A stretch of 60,620 bases of DNA, the filler included. It is 6 parts of 6 records of this genome, joined end to end, with 100 filler letters (N's around TTAATTAATTAA, not from the genome) between each part and the next. Parts side by side here need not be neighbours in the genome. Positions count along the whole stretch, not along the records: positions 21,078 to 36,744 come from SRR2962707_3747; positions 36,845 to 47,683 come from SRR2962707_3748; 4 more parts are not named here. One strand, written 5' to 3'. Positions 35,005 to 44,814 of this stretch are shown piece by piece. The position numbers were made by a program, and so were the translations under genes. The notes beneath the pieces were generated by a model that made no database searches, was not told the DNA's origin, and saw nothing but the letters and a program-made list of their open reading frames with translations. Position 1 is the stretch's first letter. Every line of letters starts with the position of its first letter.

Positions 35005-35625
35005 ATGGTGCGTGGTGGCGCTTCTAAAGATCGAGAAGACGGTCCTGAGCGGAAATGCATCGCCACTGGCGAAGTGCAGCCCAAGAACGGACTGATCCGC
35101 TTCGTTGTTGGTCCTGACATGCAGGTTTTCCCGGATATTCTGGGGAAACTTCCCGGTCGGGGGATGTATGTGGCGGCTGACCGGGACGCCTTGTTGCTGG
35201 CTGTAAAAAAAGGGCTGTTTGCCCGGGCAGCTAAACAGGCTGTTAAGGTTGATGAAGGATTGGTAGACGAGGTTGAAAAGCAACTTGTCCGCCGTGTGGT
35301 TGATCTGATTTCGCTGCAACGCAAGGCCGGTAAGGCCGTCGCGGGATACGAAAAGGTCAAAGGTTGGCTGCAGATGGAAGAAGCCGAAGTTCTGATCCAA
35401 GCAGTGGATGGGTCCGGTCGCGGTAAGTCGAAATTAAGCACGCCGCACTTTGGCCATTACATTGGTTGGCTGACGGCAGACGAATTGGGTTTGGCATTCG
35501 GACGCCAAACTGTGATACATGGGGCGCTCGCCTCTGGTGGACTCACCTCTCGTGTTGTAGAGGAGGCCCAACGGCTAAGAGGCGTACGCATAAACGAGGG
35601 TGGCAACGGTCACCCGAAAGGATAG
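35005..35625 (+). CDS. YlxR/DUF448-L7Ae-like RNA-binding protein
   Basis: ERKCIATG, LIRFV, LPGRGMY; lies between nusA and infB. Confidence 0.88.
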   Translation: MVRGGASKDREDGPERKCIATGEVQPKNGLIRFVVGPDMQVFPDILGKLPGRGMYVAADRDALLLAVKKGLFARAAKQAVKVDEGLVDEVEKQLVRRVVDLISLQRKAGKAVAGYEKVKGWLQMEEAEVLIQAVDGSGRGKSKLSTPHFGHYIGWLTADELGLAFGRQTVIHGALASGGLTSRVVEEAQRLRGVRINEGGNGHPKG

Positions 35626-35634
35626 ACGAGCTAG

Positions 35635-36744
35635 ATGAGCGATAGTGACGGCAAAAAGACATTGGGCCTGCGTGGCGCGCCTGCGCGCCCGGGTAACGTA
35701 AAGCAAAGCTTTAGCCACGGGCGTACCAAAAACGTCGTGGTCGAGACCAAGCGCAAGCGCGTTGTGGTGCCTAAACCTGTGGGTGCTAAAACTGGCACGG
35801 GGTCAAACCCGTCTCTTGGGGATCCCAAGAAACGCCCAGCAGGTATCACAGATTCCGAAATGGAACGCCGCCTGAAGGCTGTTCAAGCCGCCAGGGCCCG
35901 CGAGACTGAGGAAGCGGAAGCACGTGCGTCAGAAGAAAAAGCGCGCGCCGAAGACCGCGAGCGCCGTCGTGCCGAGATCGAAGCCAAAGAGGCCGAGGAA
36001 CGCCAGCGCGAGGAAAGCCTGAAGGCGAAAGCCGAAGAGGATGCCCGCCGCAAGGAAGAGGCCGAAGCAGCAGCTGTTGCAGCCGCCGCACCCGCACCAG
36101 CGGCGCAACCTGCGTCTGCCAAACTGCCGAACACCAAAGGTGGCGCGCCAGCACCCGTTGCACGCAAGAAAGAAGGTGACCGCGAGGAAACCAACAAGCG
36201 TAACAAGGGCAATGACGATCGTCGCTCTGGCAAGCTGACAGTTAACCAAGCGTTGACCGGTGGCGAAGGTGGCCGTCAGCGCTCCATGGCGCAGATGAAG
36301 CGCAAGCAGGAACGCCAGCGTCAAAAGGCGATGGGTGGCACGGTCGAGCGCGAAAAGGTCGTGCGCAACGTGAACCTGCCTCCGGCGATTGTGGTTTCCG
36401 AGCTGGCAAACCGTATGGCCGAACGTGTTGGTGCTGTTGTTAAGGCGCTGATGACCAACGGCATGATGGTAACGCAAAACGAAACGATTGATGCGGATAC
36501 TGCAGAACTGATCATCGAAGAATTCGGCCACAAAGTGGTCCGCGTTTCTGATGCTGACGTTGAAGACGTGATCAAGGAAGAGATCGACGATCCGAAAGAT
36601 CTGGTCACGCGTCCTCCGGTCATCACGATCATGGGTCACGTTGACCACGGTAAGACATCGTTGCTGGATGCGATCCGCAAAGCCAAGGTTCAGTCCGGCG
36701 AAGCGGGCGGTATCACGCAGCACATCGGTGCCTATCAGGTGACG
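35635..36744 (+). CDS. infB: Translation initiation factor IF-2 (3'-partial)
   Basis: [10 protein letters not shown]-terminus; [14 protein letters not shown] and [10 protein letters not shown]; cut by contig end. Confidence 0.98.
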
Positions 36745-36844
36745 NNNNNNNNNNNNNNNNNNNNNNNNNNNNNNNNNNNNNNNNNNNNTTAATTAATTAA
36801 NNNNNNNNNNNNNNNNNNNNNNNNNNNNNNNNNNNNNNNNNNNN
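36745..36844. other. Artificial contig spacer
   Basis: 44 N + TTAATTAATTAA + 44 N. Confidence 0.98.
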
Positions 36845-36845
36845 G

Positions 36846-37601
36846 TGGCCGCTGGATTACGATTTTTTTGATGCCTGGCACATCAACACCCTCACCTCCG
36901 CCGGTGGTATAGGCGTTTTCATGTTTGCATGGGGCATTTCACTCTTCGTAATAGGCGTCCCCGTATTTGTTTACTTCTTTGGGAAACGATGGTATTGTAG
37001 CTGGGTTTGCGGGTGTGGTGGATTGGCGGAAACTGCAGGTGATCCGTTCAGACAGTTGTCAGATAAATCGCTTAAAGCCTGGCAAATAGAACGATATCTG
37101 GTGCATGGTGTGCTAGTATTTGCGGTGATCATGACCGTTGGAGTGCTATATACTTTCATTACCGAATCCAATACTATTTTAGGTCTAGACACCTATACCT
37201 ATCTTAGAAAGCCCTATGGATTTGCTATTGGCTCCATTTTCTCCGGAGTAGTTGGCACAGGTTTTTATCCTTTGATGGGAAACAGAGTATGGTGTCGATT
37301 TGGATGCCCGCTCGCAGCGTACTTAGGACTCGTTCAGCGGTTCAAATCAAAATTCCGAATCACTACGAACGGAGGCCAATGTATCTCATGTGGCAATTGC
37401 TCCACCTATTGTGAGATGGGAATAGACGTGAGATGGTATGCGCAGAGAGGACAAAACATCATTCGGTCCAGCTGTGTTGGATGTGGCGTGTGCTCCGCCG
37501 TTTGTCCGCGAGGCGTCCTTAACCTCGAAAATCGGGATGAAGATGGACGATTTAACCAACCTATTTTACTCGGAAACGATAGTATTGAGGTTTCAAAATA
37601 A
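36846..37601 (+). CDS. Membrane 4Fe-4S binding protein, NapH/MauN-like (5'-partial)
   Basis: YCSWVCGCG, WCRFGCP and two CxxCxxCxxxC motifs; frame open from contig start. Confidence 0.9.
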   Translation, partial: WPLDYDFFDAWHINTLTSAGGIGVFMFAWGISLFVIGVPVFVYFFGKRWYCSWVCGCGGLAETAGDPFRQLSDKSLKAWQIERYLVHGVLVFAVIMTVGVLYTFITESNTILGLDTYTYLRKPYGFAIGSIFSGVVGTGFYPLMGNRVWCRFGCPLAAYLGLVQRFKSKFRITTNGGQCISCGNCSTYCEMGIDVRWYAQRGQNIIRSSCVGCGVCSAVCPRGVLNLENRDEDGRFNQPILLGNDSIEVSK

Positions 37602-37606
37602 AAGTT

Positions 37607-38434
37607 ATGAAGAAATCAATCACCTTACTCACAATTCTATTGTTCACTACTACCCTATATGCTGGTGGCGGATGGACCAAGAAAAAAGGGACTGGCTATT
37701 ATAAAGTATCTCACTGGTGGGTAAATGCGGCGAAAGAATACTCTTTCGATGGAAATACACAGACCTCACCCAGAGAAGGCATTTTTAACACCTCCATTTT
37801 CGCTGAATATGGTATAACCGATCGCCTAACAGGCATCATAAATCTTCCTTACAGCAAATCAGCTAACGACCAGGAGTCTATTTCCGGTATTGGTGATACA
37901 GATATTGCATTTAAGTACCGGATTACTAAACCGGAAAGCAAGTTCGTTTTGGCCTACACATTGCAATTCGGATTGCCCCTGGGTGAAGATGCAGGAGGAG
38001 TTAATGGCACCTTGCAAACCGGAGATGGTGAATTCAATCAGCTCATTCGGTTTGACTTAAGTAGATCCATTCCTCTCGGGAAAGTAAATGCTTATGCAAA
38101 TGTTTATGCAGGATATAACAACCGAACCAAAGGTTTCTCTGATGAGGCAAGATTTGGAGCTGAAGTTGGTGCGGGTTTTTTGGATAGCAGAATCTGGACA
38201 ATTCTCCGCATTGATGGTGTAGAGTCATTTCAAAATGGAGAGGAATCAACGGCTGCCAGTGACGGTGCAACCGTTTTTGCTAACAATACTGAATACATTG
38301 CTACTACTTACGAAATAGCAGGTTACATAACCGACAAAATCGGCGTTACAGCAGCATATGGCTCAGTTTTAAGTGCTTCTTTGATCTTTGCCAGTCCCTC
38401 TTATTCTCTTGGAGTGTTTTTAGACCTAAAGTAG
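37607..38434 (+). CDS. Exported, probable outer-membrane beta-barrel protein
   Basis: Signal peptide ending LYA; alternating beta-strand patterns; EYGITDRLT; C-terminal YSLGVFLDLK. Confidence 0.65.
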   Translation: MKKSITLLTILLFTTTLYAGGGWTKKKGTGYYKVSHWWVNAAKEYSFDGNTQTSPREGIFNTSIFAEYGITDRLTGIINLPYSKSANDQESISGIGDTDIAFKYRITKPESKFVLAYTLQFGLPLGEDAGGVNGTLQTGDGEFNQLIRFDLSRSIPLGKVNAYANVYAGYNNRTKGFSDEARFGAEVGAGFLDSRIWTILRIDGVESFQNGEESTAASDGATVFANNTEYIATTYEIAGYITDKIGVTAAYGSVLSASLIFASPSYSLGVFLDLK

Positions 38435-38496
38435 AATAAGCAAAACCTTTACATAGCCATAATCACATCTTAGCAGGAGGTCATTATTTTTAAGGG

Positions 38497-40041
38497 ATGA
38501 AAATAAACTCAGACAACCTTTGCCTCCAGATCATCCTTTTGGTGCTCGTTTTTGCCTGTACCCAGCCAAAAGAATACCCGCCATTTATTGAAGATACTTC
38601 TCATTTGCGAGATTCTACGATGGCTCCTTTTTATCATGGTGTTGCTTCCGGCGACCCATTATTCGATCAGGTAATCATCTGGACCAGGGTGACTCCACAG
38701 GATTCGCTTCCTGATATTGATGTTGTATGGGAAATAGCTTTAGACGACAGCTTTCAGGATGTGGTGAATAAAGGCACTATTTCCACAAATCCGGAAAAAG
38801 ACTACACGGTAAAGGTGGATGTAGACGGGCTGGATGCCGGCACAAGCTATTTTTATCGATTCCATGCTTTAGGTAAAAGCTCCATGATCGGCCGAACCAG
38901 GACTGCCTCCCGTGACGCAGATGAAGTAAAGTTTGGAGTGGTTAGCTGCAGTAACTACGAATGGGGCTATTTCAACGCATATGGAGCGTTGGCACAAGAA
39001 GATTTAGATGCGATCATTCACCTTGGTGATTACATCTATGAATATGCCCCTGGAGGATACGGCGATACGACTTTGGGAAGAGCCCCTATCCCTGACAAAG
39101 AAATTATCAGTTTACAAGACTACCGCTCACGATACTCACAATATAGACTGGATAAAGACTTAATTGCAGCTCACGCTAATCACCCATTCATAAATATTTG
39201 GGACGATCATGAAATCGCTAATAATTCATATAAAGAAGGAGCACAAAACCATCAGGCAGATGAAGGAAGCTATGAGGAGCGAAAAAAAGTGGCGCGTCAG
39301 GTTTATTACGAATGGATTCCTATTCGCGAAGGAGGTAAGCATTACCGAAAATTCGAATTTGGTGAAATAGTTGATCTGATCATGCTGGATGAGCGACTGG
39401 AAGGACGAAGCTACATCGCAGATAGTCTAGGTGATCCTTCTCTGGCCGACTCTTCCCGAACCATGCTTGGAAAAGAGCAACGAAACTGGCTGATAAGCCA
39501 ACTAAGAAGCTCTGATGCACAATGGAAGGTCATAGGAAACCAGGTAATCTTTTCATACCTAAATTGGGGTCATCCCACTTTTAATATTAACCTTGATTCA
39601 TGGGATGGCTACCCCATAGAGCAACAATTAATTGCTGATGTTTTGAAAGAGCTGGACGATGTAATAATTATCACCGGAGACACGCACACGGCCTGGGCGT
39701 TCGAGGCGACTAATAAGCCTTTTGATGAGTACAATCAAGAAACAGGCGAGGGAGCCTTTGCAGTTGAATTTGGTACAACATCTATCAACTCATCAAATGC
39801 AAACGAAAGATATGAAGATAGTCTTGTGTTTATTCATGAGCAAAAAATCATTGATTCTGAAGTGAATCCGCATTTGAAATGGGGGAACATGCGTGACCAT
39901 GGATACATGATTTTATCTCTTTCCGAAAGGCGAGCGGAAGCAACCTGGAAGTTTATGGAGACAATCAAAGAACCAAGACTTGACATAAAAGAAACCAAAA
40001 CCATGTGGGTGAATAGCGGAGAAGTGAAGTTGAAAGAATAA
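38497..40041 (+). CDS. phoD: PhoD family alkaline phosphatase, lipoprotein
   Basis: FYHGVASGDP, HLGDYIYE, WDDHE, DSWDGY, TGDTH; lipobox VFAC. Confidence 0.94.
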   Translation: MKINSDNLCLQIILLVLVFACTQPKEYPPFIEDTSHLRDSTMAPFYHGVASGDPLFDQVIIWTRVTPQDSLPDIDVVWEIALDDSFQDVVNKGTISTNPEKDYTVKVDVDGLDAGTSYFYRFHALGKSSMIGRTRTASRDADEVKFGVVSCSNYEWGYFNAYGALAQEDLDAIIHLGDYIYEYAPGGYGDTTLGRAPIPDKEIISLQDYRSRYSQYRLDKDLIAAHANHPFINIWDDHEIANNSYKEGAQNHQADEGSYEERKKVARQVYYEWIPIREGGKHYRKFEFGEIVDLIMLDERLEGRSYIADSLGDPSLADSSRTMLGKEQRNWLISQLRSSDAQWKVIGNQVIFSYLNWGHPTFNINLDSWDGYPIEQQLIADVLKELDDVIIITGDTHTAWAFEATNKPFDEYNQETGEGAFAVEFGTTSINSSNANERYEDSLVFIHEQKIIDSEVNPHLKWGNMRDHGYMILSLSERRAEATWKFMETIKEPRLDIKETKTMWVNSGEVKLKE

Positions 40042-40065
40042 TGGAATAAATGCATAGTTTGCGCT

Positions 40066-40866
40066 ATGCGTTTTGAAAGTCATCCACCATCTGATCCATT
40101 AAAAAATCTTGTCAAGGAGTACTGGATTTATGAAAATGATGATCCTACTCCAACTGAGCAAAAAATTATTCCGGATGGATACAGTGAGGTCATTATTCAT
40201 TACGGTGATCCCTATCAAATCAACATGAACGGAAGCTGGGAGACTCAATCAAGTATTCTTTTCTCAAGCCAGATCAGCAAATATTTTTTCTTACGAAATA
40301 CGGGAAAGTCTGGAATGATCGGCATCAAGCTTCATCCTTCAGCTTTCTATTCACTTTTTCAAGTAGATATAAGTGCAACCATAGATAAGGTTCATTCATT
40401 AGACCAGCTCTTAACCATCAGTCTATCAGCACTTCGTGAGGTACAAAATCACCTTTCCGATCCTGCCGAAAAAATTATGTTGGTAGAAAAGTGGCTGAAA
40501 GAACGACTTGGTGAGGGCAAGCCCAATGAAAAAATTGACAATAGCATCGCCACTATTGTTGAGAAAAAAGGAATGGTGGATGTTGATGAATTGGCAGAGA
40601 ATGTCCAGCTAAGCACCCGGCAACTCGAACGAACCTTTAAAAAGGCCATTGGACTTTCACCAAAGTTTTACTGTCGGATCATACGATTCAGTCACATCTT
40701 TGAAGTAATGAAGAATCACAAAGATTCCTGGATACGCACTGCCTTGCAATCCGGCTATTTTGATCAATCCCATTTCATAAAAAATTTCAAAGAATTCACT
40801 GGTGAGGAGCCTTCAAACTATGGTTTTGACGATAAAAATCTGGCAAACTTTTTCCTCCAAAAGTAG
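40066..40866 (+). CDS. AraC family regulator (DUF6597-like N-terminus)
   Basis: IIPDG; STRQLERTFKKAIGLSPK and GYFDQSHFIKNFKEFTG double HTH. Confidence 0.92.
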   Translation: MRFESHPPSDPLKNLVKEYWIYENDDPTPTEQKIIPDGYSEVIIHYGDPYQINMNGSWETQSSILFSSQISKYFFLRNTGKSGMIGIKLHPSAFYSLFQVDISATIDKVHSLDQLLTISLSALREVQNHLSDPAEKIMLVEKWLKERLGEGKPNEKIDNSIATIVEKKGMVDVDELAENVQLSTRQLERTFKKAIGLSPKFYCRIIRFSHIFEVMKNHKDSWIRTALQSGYFDQSHFIKNFKEFTGEEPSNYGFDDKNLANFFLQK

Positions 40867-40924
40867 ATGTCGGTTTTTTACAATACCTGAGTGTATTCTA
40901 TATCTATCATTGTCAGAAAAAACG

Positions 40925-41368
40925 ATGAAAAAGACTACACTCTACCTTTTGGTACTTACAATCACACACCTGACATTGGCCCAATCAATCAAAGATTTTA
41001 AATGGCTGGAAGGAACATGGGAACGTCAAAATGTCAACCCTGGAAGCAGTGCTTTCGAGGTTTGGAAGAAAACCAAAGGCGGGTTTGAAGGCTTGGGGTT
41101 TTCAATGAAAGGAGCTGACACCACTTTCGTTGAGAAACTAAAAATCGTAAAAAAAGACGGAAGCATGCACTATGTCGCAGATGTCAGCGCTAATGCTGAG
41201 CCCACCTATTTCAAAATCACATCCGTTTCTGAAAGTGGATTTGTAAGTGAAAATCCTAAACATGATTTTCCAAAAAAGATCGAATACATGCTGGAAGGCA
41301 ATCGAATGACAGCTATCATTTCAGCCGGAGAAAAAAAGATGGGCTTTGTGTTTGAGAAGGTGGAATAA
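40925..41368 (+). CDS. Exported DUF6265-like protein
   Basis: Signal peptide; WLEGTW, DTTFVEKL, ENPKHDFPKKIEY. Confidence 0.75.
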   Translation: MKKTTLYLLVLTITHLTLAQSIKDFKWLEGTWERQNVNPGSSAFEVWKKTKGGFEGLGFSMKGADTTFVEKLKIVKKDGSMHYVADVSANAEPTYFKITSVSESGFVSENPKHDFPKKIEYMLEGNRMTAIISAGEKKMGFVFEKVE

Positions 41369-41387
41369 AATATCCTATTTTCGTATA

Positions 41388-41795
41388 ATGGTATGGTTTT
41401 TCACCACAAGTAATTTAGACCTTTTTGAAAACGAGCTAGCTTTGAAAGCTAGACTAGAGTCAGAGTATTTATCCAGATCGGAAATTGAAGTTGGAAATGA
41501 TTTTGTAGACATAAAATTTAAGGATCATCCGTATGTCGGATATCTTCTTCATGCCAAAAAAAAGCCGAATGGGTCTATGAGAGGATATGTTCATCACTTC
41601 AATCCTATATTTTTATCACTTCTAATTCTTCTCCTTTTGATGATTATCTTTTCAGATCTTGTTTTTGATTTTAGCATAGCATTAGAAAACTCTACATTTT
41701 TCACCTACTTCATTTCGGTAATTTTTTTCTCTGGGATTCTAAAAGAATTCTACAGAGCATACCGACTGATAAAGACTTTAAGACTTAATAATTAA
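41388..41795 (+). CDS. Hypothetical membrane protein (two C-terminal TM segments)
   Basis: Open frame filling the gap; AT-rich; no family recognised. Confidence 0.55.
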   Translation: MVWFFTTSNLDLFENELALKARLESEYLSRSEIEVGNDFVDIKFKDHPYVGYLLHAKKKPNGSMRGYVHHFNPIFLSLLILLLLMIIFSDLVFDFSIALENSTFFTYFISVIFFSGILKEFYRAYRLIKTLRLNN

Positions 41796-41888
41796 TACTT
41801 TCAATACGTTTTCTTTTGCAAGAAACATGAAAGACCTAAAGAACTCTTAATACATCTTACGAGGGAAAGAAGTGAACTGATAAGAATC

Positions 41889-42326
41889 TTACAACTCCCG
41901 CCACATCAAATAATGCATGATCCCACATTCGTCAAACTGATTCCCTTTGGTTTGGAAGCCAAACTTTAAATAAAGTGGCACAGCGGGTAGCTGGGCATGC
42001 ATGTAGAGGTAAGTGCCTTTATCGGCTTTTTCTGAAATATCATCCAGGACAGCTTTTACGATTGCCGTTCCAAGCCCCTTTCCGCGCCAGGATTTTTTAG
42101 CGGTGAATCGTTCCAGCTTGATTCCTTTATCCGTGTACCGCCAGCGGGCTGAACCGATCGGATTATCGTTTTCATCCATAGCCACAAAGTGGTTTGATTC
42201 GTCCTCAAATTCGTCAAACTCCTCTGCAGCTGCCACCTGTTGCTCCACCACAAATACTTCTTCACGAATGGTGAACGCTTTCTTTTTCAACTCTTCACTT
42301 GTTGCCGGAACTACTCTGAAGGTCAT
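41889..42326 (-). CDS. GNAT acetyltransferase (ElaA/YjcF-like)
   Basis: IREEVFVVEQ, RGKGLG, HAQ, LYLKFGF, ECGIMH. Confidence 0.92.
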   Translation of the reverse strand: MTFRVVPATSEELKKKAFTIREEVFVVEQQVAAAEEFDEFEDESNHFVAMDENDNPIGSARWRYTDKGIKLERFTAKKSWRGKGLGTAIVKAVLDDISEKADKGTYLYMHAQLPAVPLYLKFGFQTKGNQFDECGIMHYLMWREL

Positions 42327-43257
42327 ATTTATCGTAGGCTTTTATGATTGCTTTTACCAGTTTATGTCGCACCACGTCCCGATCATCAAGTTTCACGAAA
42401 CCGATCCCCTTCACATCTTTCAATACCTGCATGGTTTCAATAAGACCCGAAATCTGCTTTTTAGGCAAATCTATCTGTGATTGATCACCGGTAATGATCA
42501 CCTTCGATTGAGGCCCCATCCGTGTCAAAAACATTTTGATCTGCATGGGCGTGGTGTTTTGCGCTTCGTCTAATAATACATAGGCATCATTAAGGGTTCG
42601 CCCCCGCATGTAGGCTAAAGGAGCAATTTCCACAACCCCATTTTCCTGGTAATATCTTAGTTTCTCTGCAGGGATCATGTCCCGAAGCGCGTCGTAAATA
42701 GGGCGTAGATAAGGATCGATTTTCTCTTTCAAGTCACCCGGAAGAAACCCTAGGTTTTCACCTGCCTCAACAGCCGGACGGGTAATGATGATCTTTTTTA
42801 CTTCCTTGTTTTTGAGGGCTCTCACTGCCAATGCAACAGAAATGTAGGTTTTACCTGTACCTGCCGGACCGATGGCAAATACCAGGTCGTTTTGTTCCAC
42901 TGCAGAAACAAGCTTTTTCTGATTGACGGTCTTGGGCGTTATTTTAAAGCCCCGGGTGCCATGTACCAGTGCTGCTGAGTTTTTATCAGCCTCAATCGTA
43001 TTTTCCTCATTGTCCACAAAATCTTTCACGTTTTCTTCAGTCACTTTGCCGTATTCGTGATAATGTGCCAGCAGCGAATTGAGGATCTCATTGATTTTTA
43101 GAATTTGAGGTGCAGATCCTTTGATCCGAATCTCATTACCACGGCTGACAATTTTGCTGTCAGGAAAGGCCGAAGCAATGGTTTTGATGTTTTGATTTTC
43201 AATCCCCAGAAAGTCTACCAGGGAAACGTTTTCAAGTGTAATTATTTTTTCCAGCAA
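42295..43257 (-). CDS. phoH: PhoH family ATPase
   Basis: GPAGTGKT, RPAVEAGE.LGFLPGD, AYMRGRT, DEAQN; TTG start. Confidence 0.95.
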   Translation of the reverse strand: MLEKIITLENVSLVDFLGIENQNIKTIASAFPDSKIVSRGNEIRIKGSAPQILKINEILNSLLAHYHEYGKVTEENVKDFVDNEENTIEADKNSAALVHGTRGFKITPKTVNQKKLVSAVEQNDLVFAIGPAGTGKTYISVALAVRALKNKEVKKIIITRPAVEAGENLGFLPGDLKEKIDPYLRPIYDALRDMIPAEKLRYYQENGVVEIAPLAYMRGRTLNDAYVLLDEAQNTTPMQIKMFLTRMGPQSKVIITGDQSQIDLPKKQISGLIETMQVLKDVKGIGFVKLDDRDVVRHKLVKAIIKAYDKYDLQSSSGNK

Positions 43258-43278
43258 TCGATTTTTCTGTTAATCCTT

Positions 43279-43393
43279 CAAAGGTAAATGACGAATGGAA
43301 CACCATACTTTATTACCTGTCAAATAGCATCTTTTTTTGTGATAAACCCTAAGGTTTTTAAACCTCACTGTGTGAGTAAAATATATAGCTTTG
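43279..43393. promoter_or_regulatory. Divergent Bacteroidota -7 promoter elements
   Basis: TAnnTTTG matches: TACCTTTG (minus, 43286-43279) before phoH and TAGCTTTG (plus, 43386-43393) before the DUF62 gene. Confidence 0.65.
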
Positions 43394-43423
43394 TGACAAC
43401 AAATGTAAGCTGAATTCCCTCAA

Positions 43424-44197
43424 ATGGCGTTAATCACCTTCATGTCTGATTTCGGGACGGTAGACCACTATGTGGCTGCAGTGAAGGCCGCTATTGTGTC
43501 TGAATCGCCCAATCAACCTGTCACTGACATCACCCATGATATCCGTCCGTTTGATATCTCACATGCTGCCAATGTGCTTCGTACCGTATACAAGGATTTT
43601 CCAACGAAAACGGTTCATATCGTAGCAGTAGACGCGATGCGGGAAAAGTCCAGAGCGATGGCTGTTGAAATTGACGGGCACCTATTTGTTGGCTTTGATT
43701 CAGGTATATTTAGCCTGCTTTCAGATAAAAAGCCGGACGCAATTGCCGTATTAGAAAATGGCCAGTCTACCTTCCCGGCGAAGGATGTGTTGGCTAAGGT
43801 GGCATTAAAACTGGCAAATGGGAAATCGCTGAAAGATGTAGGTGAATTGGTAGATCAAATGACAGAGCTCTATGCTCGGCAGCTGAAAGTGACCAAACGG
43901 GAAATCGCCGGGCATGTGGTAACGGTTGATCACTATGGAAACCTGATTACCAACATCAATAAGACAGAGTTTGAAAAAATTTTAGAAATCAACGGAGCAG
44001 GTGTAAGATATGCGATACGATTTGGGCGTGAACAGTTTCAGAACCTGCATGGCTACTTTAGTGACGTAGAGTCCGGTGACTGCTATGTGATGTTCAATTC
44101 TTCCGGGCAGCTTCAGATTGGAATTAATAAAGGAAATGCTTCTGAGCTGTTAGGTTTGTCAATAGACTCGCCTGTGCTCATCGAGTTTGCAAATTAG
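43424..44197 (+). CDS. DUF62 SAM hydroxide adenosyltransferase/halogenase family protein
   Basis: ITFMSDFG.VDHYV, DITHDI.PF, VDHYGNLITN, LQIGINKG.ASELLGL. Confidence 0.9.
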   Translation: MALITFMSDFGTVDHYVAAVKAAIVSESPNQPVTDITHDIRPFDISHAANVLRTVYKDFPTKTVHIVAVDAMREKSRAMAVEIDGHLFVGFDSGIFSLLSDKKPDAIAVLENGQSTFPAKDVLAKVALKLANGKSLKDVGELVDQMTELYARQLKVTKREIAGHVVTVDHYGNLITNINKTEFEKILEINGAGVRYAIRFGREQFQNLHGYFSDVESGDCYVMFNSSGQLQIGINKGNASELLGLSIDSPVLIEFAN

Positions 44198-44243
44198 AAA
44201 TTGATTTTGAGAAAAAGTATTGAGCAAATAAATGTCATTTCCC

Positions 44244-44404
44244 TCCTACATCTGGAGGAGTAATGGCAGCTGTAAGGTTAAGCTCTCCTCAATGTCATCC
44301 TGAATAGGATCTCTGAATTTCTGAGCTTCGATCTTCAAAGATTCTTCCAGAATGACAGAAAGGTTGGAGCAGAATCCGCTTAACCTTACAGCTATGATGT
44401 AGGA
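44244..44404. repeat. Nested inverted-repeat (long hairpin) element
   Basis: Arm pairs 44244-44252/44396-44404 (9 bp), 44268-44283/44378-44393 (16 bp, perfect), 44293-44302/44348-44357 (9 of 10). Confidence 0.85.
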
Positions 44405-44445
44405 ACAGATTCTTTATAACGATAAATTGATAAGAAAAAATAACT

Positions 44446-44731
44446 ATGCTGATACGAATAGTACGAATGGATTTTGATCCAAAGAAAGTGAATGATTTTC
44501 TTGAATTGTTCGAAAACGTTAAAGAAAAGATCGTCAACTTTTCCTGGCTGCAATCATCTGGAGCTGTGCAAGGACGCTAAGCTGGATCATGTCTACTACA
44601 CGTTCAGCAAGTGGGAAAGTGAGGATGATCTGGAAAAATACAGGCACTCAGAACTATTTGAAGATACCTGGGCGAAAACGAAGGTTCTGTTTGGAGGTAA
44701 GCCGCTGGCTTATTCGCTTGATCCTCAATAA
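44446..44731 (+). pseudogene. ABM/putative quinol monooxygenase gene with a +1 frameshift at TTTT 44539-44542
   Basis: MLIRIVRMDF...KEKIVNF continues in the +1 frame as PGCNHLEL...YTFSKWESEDDLEKYRHSELF... Confidence 0.8.
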
Positions 44732-44760
44732 AAATCCCCTGCTCGACCAAAAGCAGGGGA
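44728..44760 (-). terminator. Intrinsic terminator of the padR-pspC unit
   Basis: TCCCCTGCT/AGCAGGGGA stem followed by a T run on the minus strand. Confidence 0.8.
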
Positions 44761-44814
44761 ACCAAAACCTAAATGACAGAGCCAGTTAGTTGACTCGCGA
44801 CCAGTTAGATATTT

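Noticed and set aside
32626-35400. 924-aa minus-strand ORF
   Set aside because: Antisense shadow of rimP-nusA-ylxR caused by codon bias; no motifs
38497-43257. phoD and phoH as a phosphate-starvation island
   Set aside because: Opposite strands, unrelated genes between them, no Pho box or pst/phoBR seen
43424-44197. DUF62 gene as a halogenase in a natural-product cluster
   Set aside because: Housekeeping phoH context and no biosynthetic genes; most family members are SAM hydrolases
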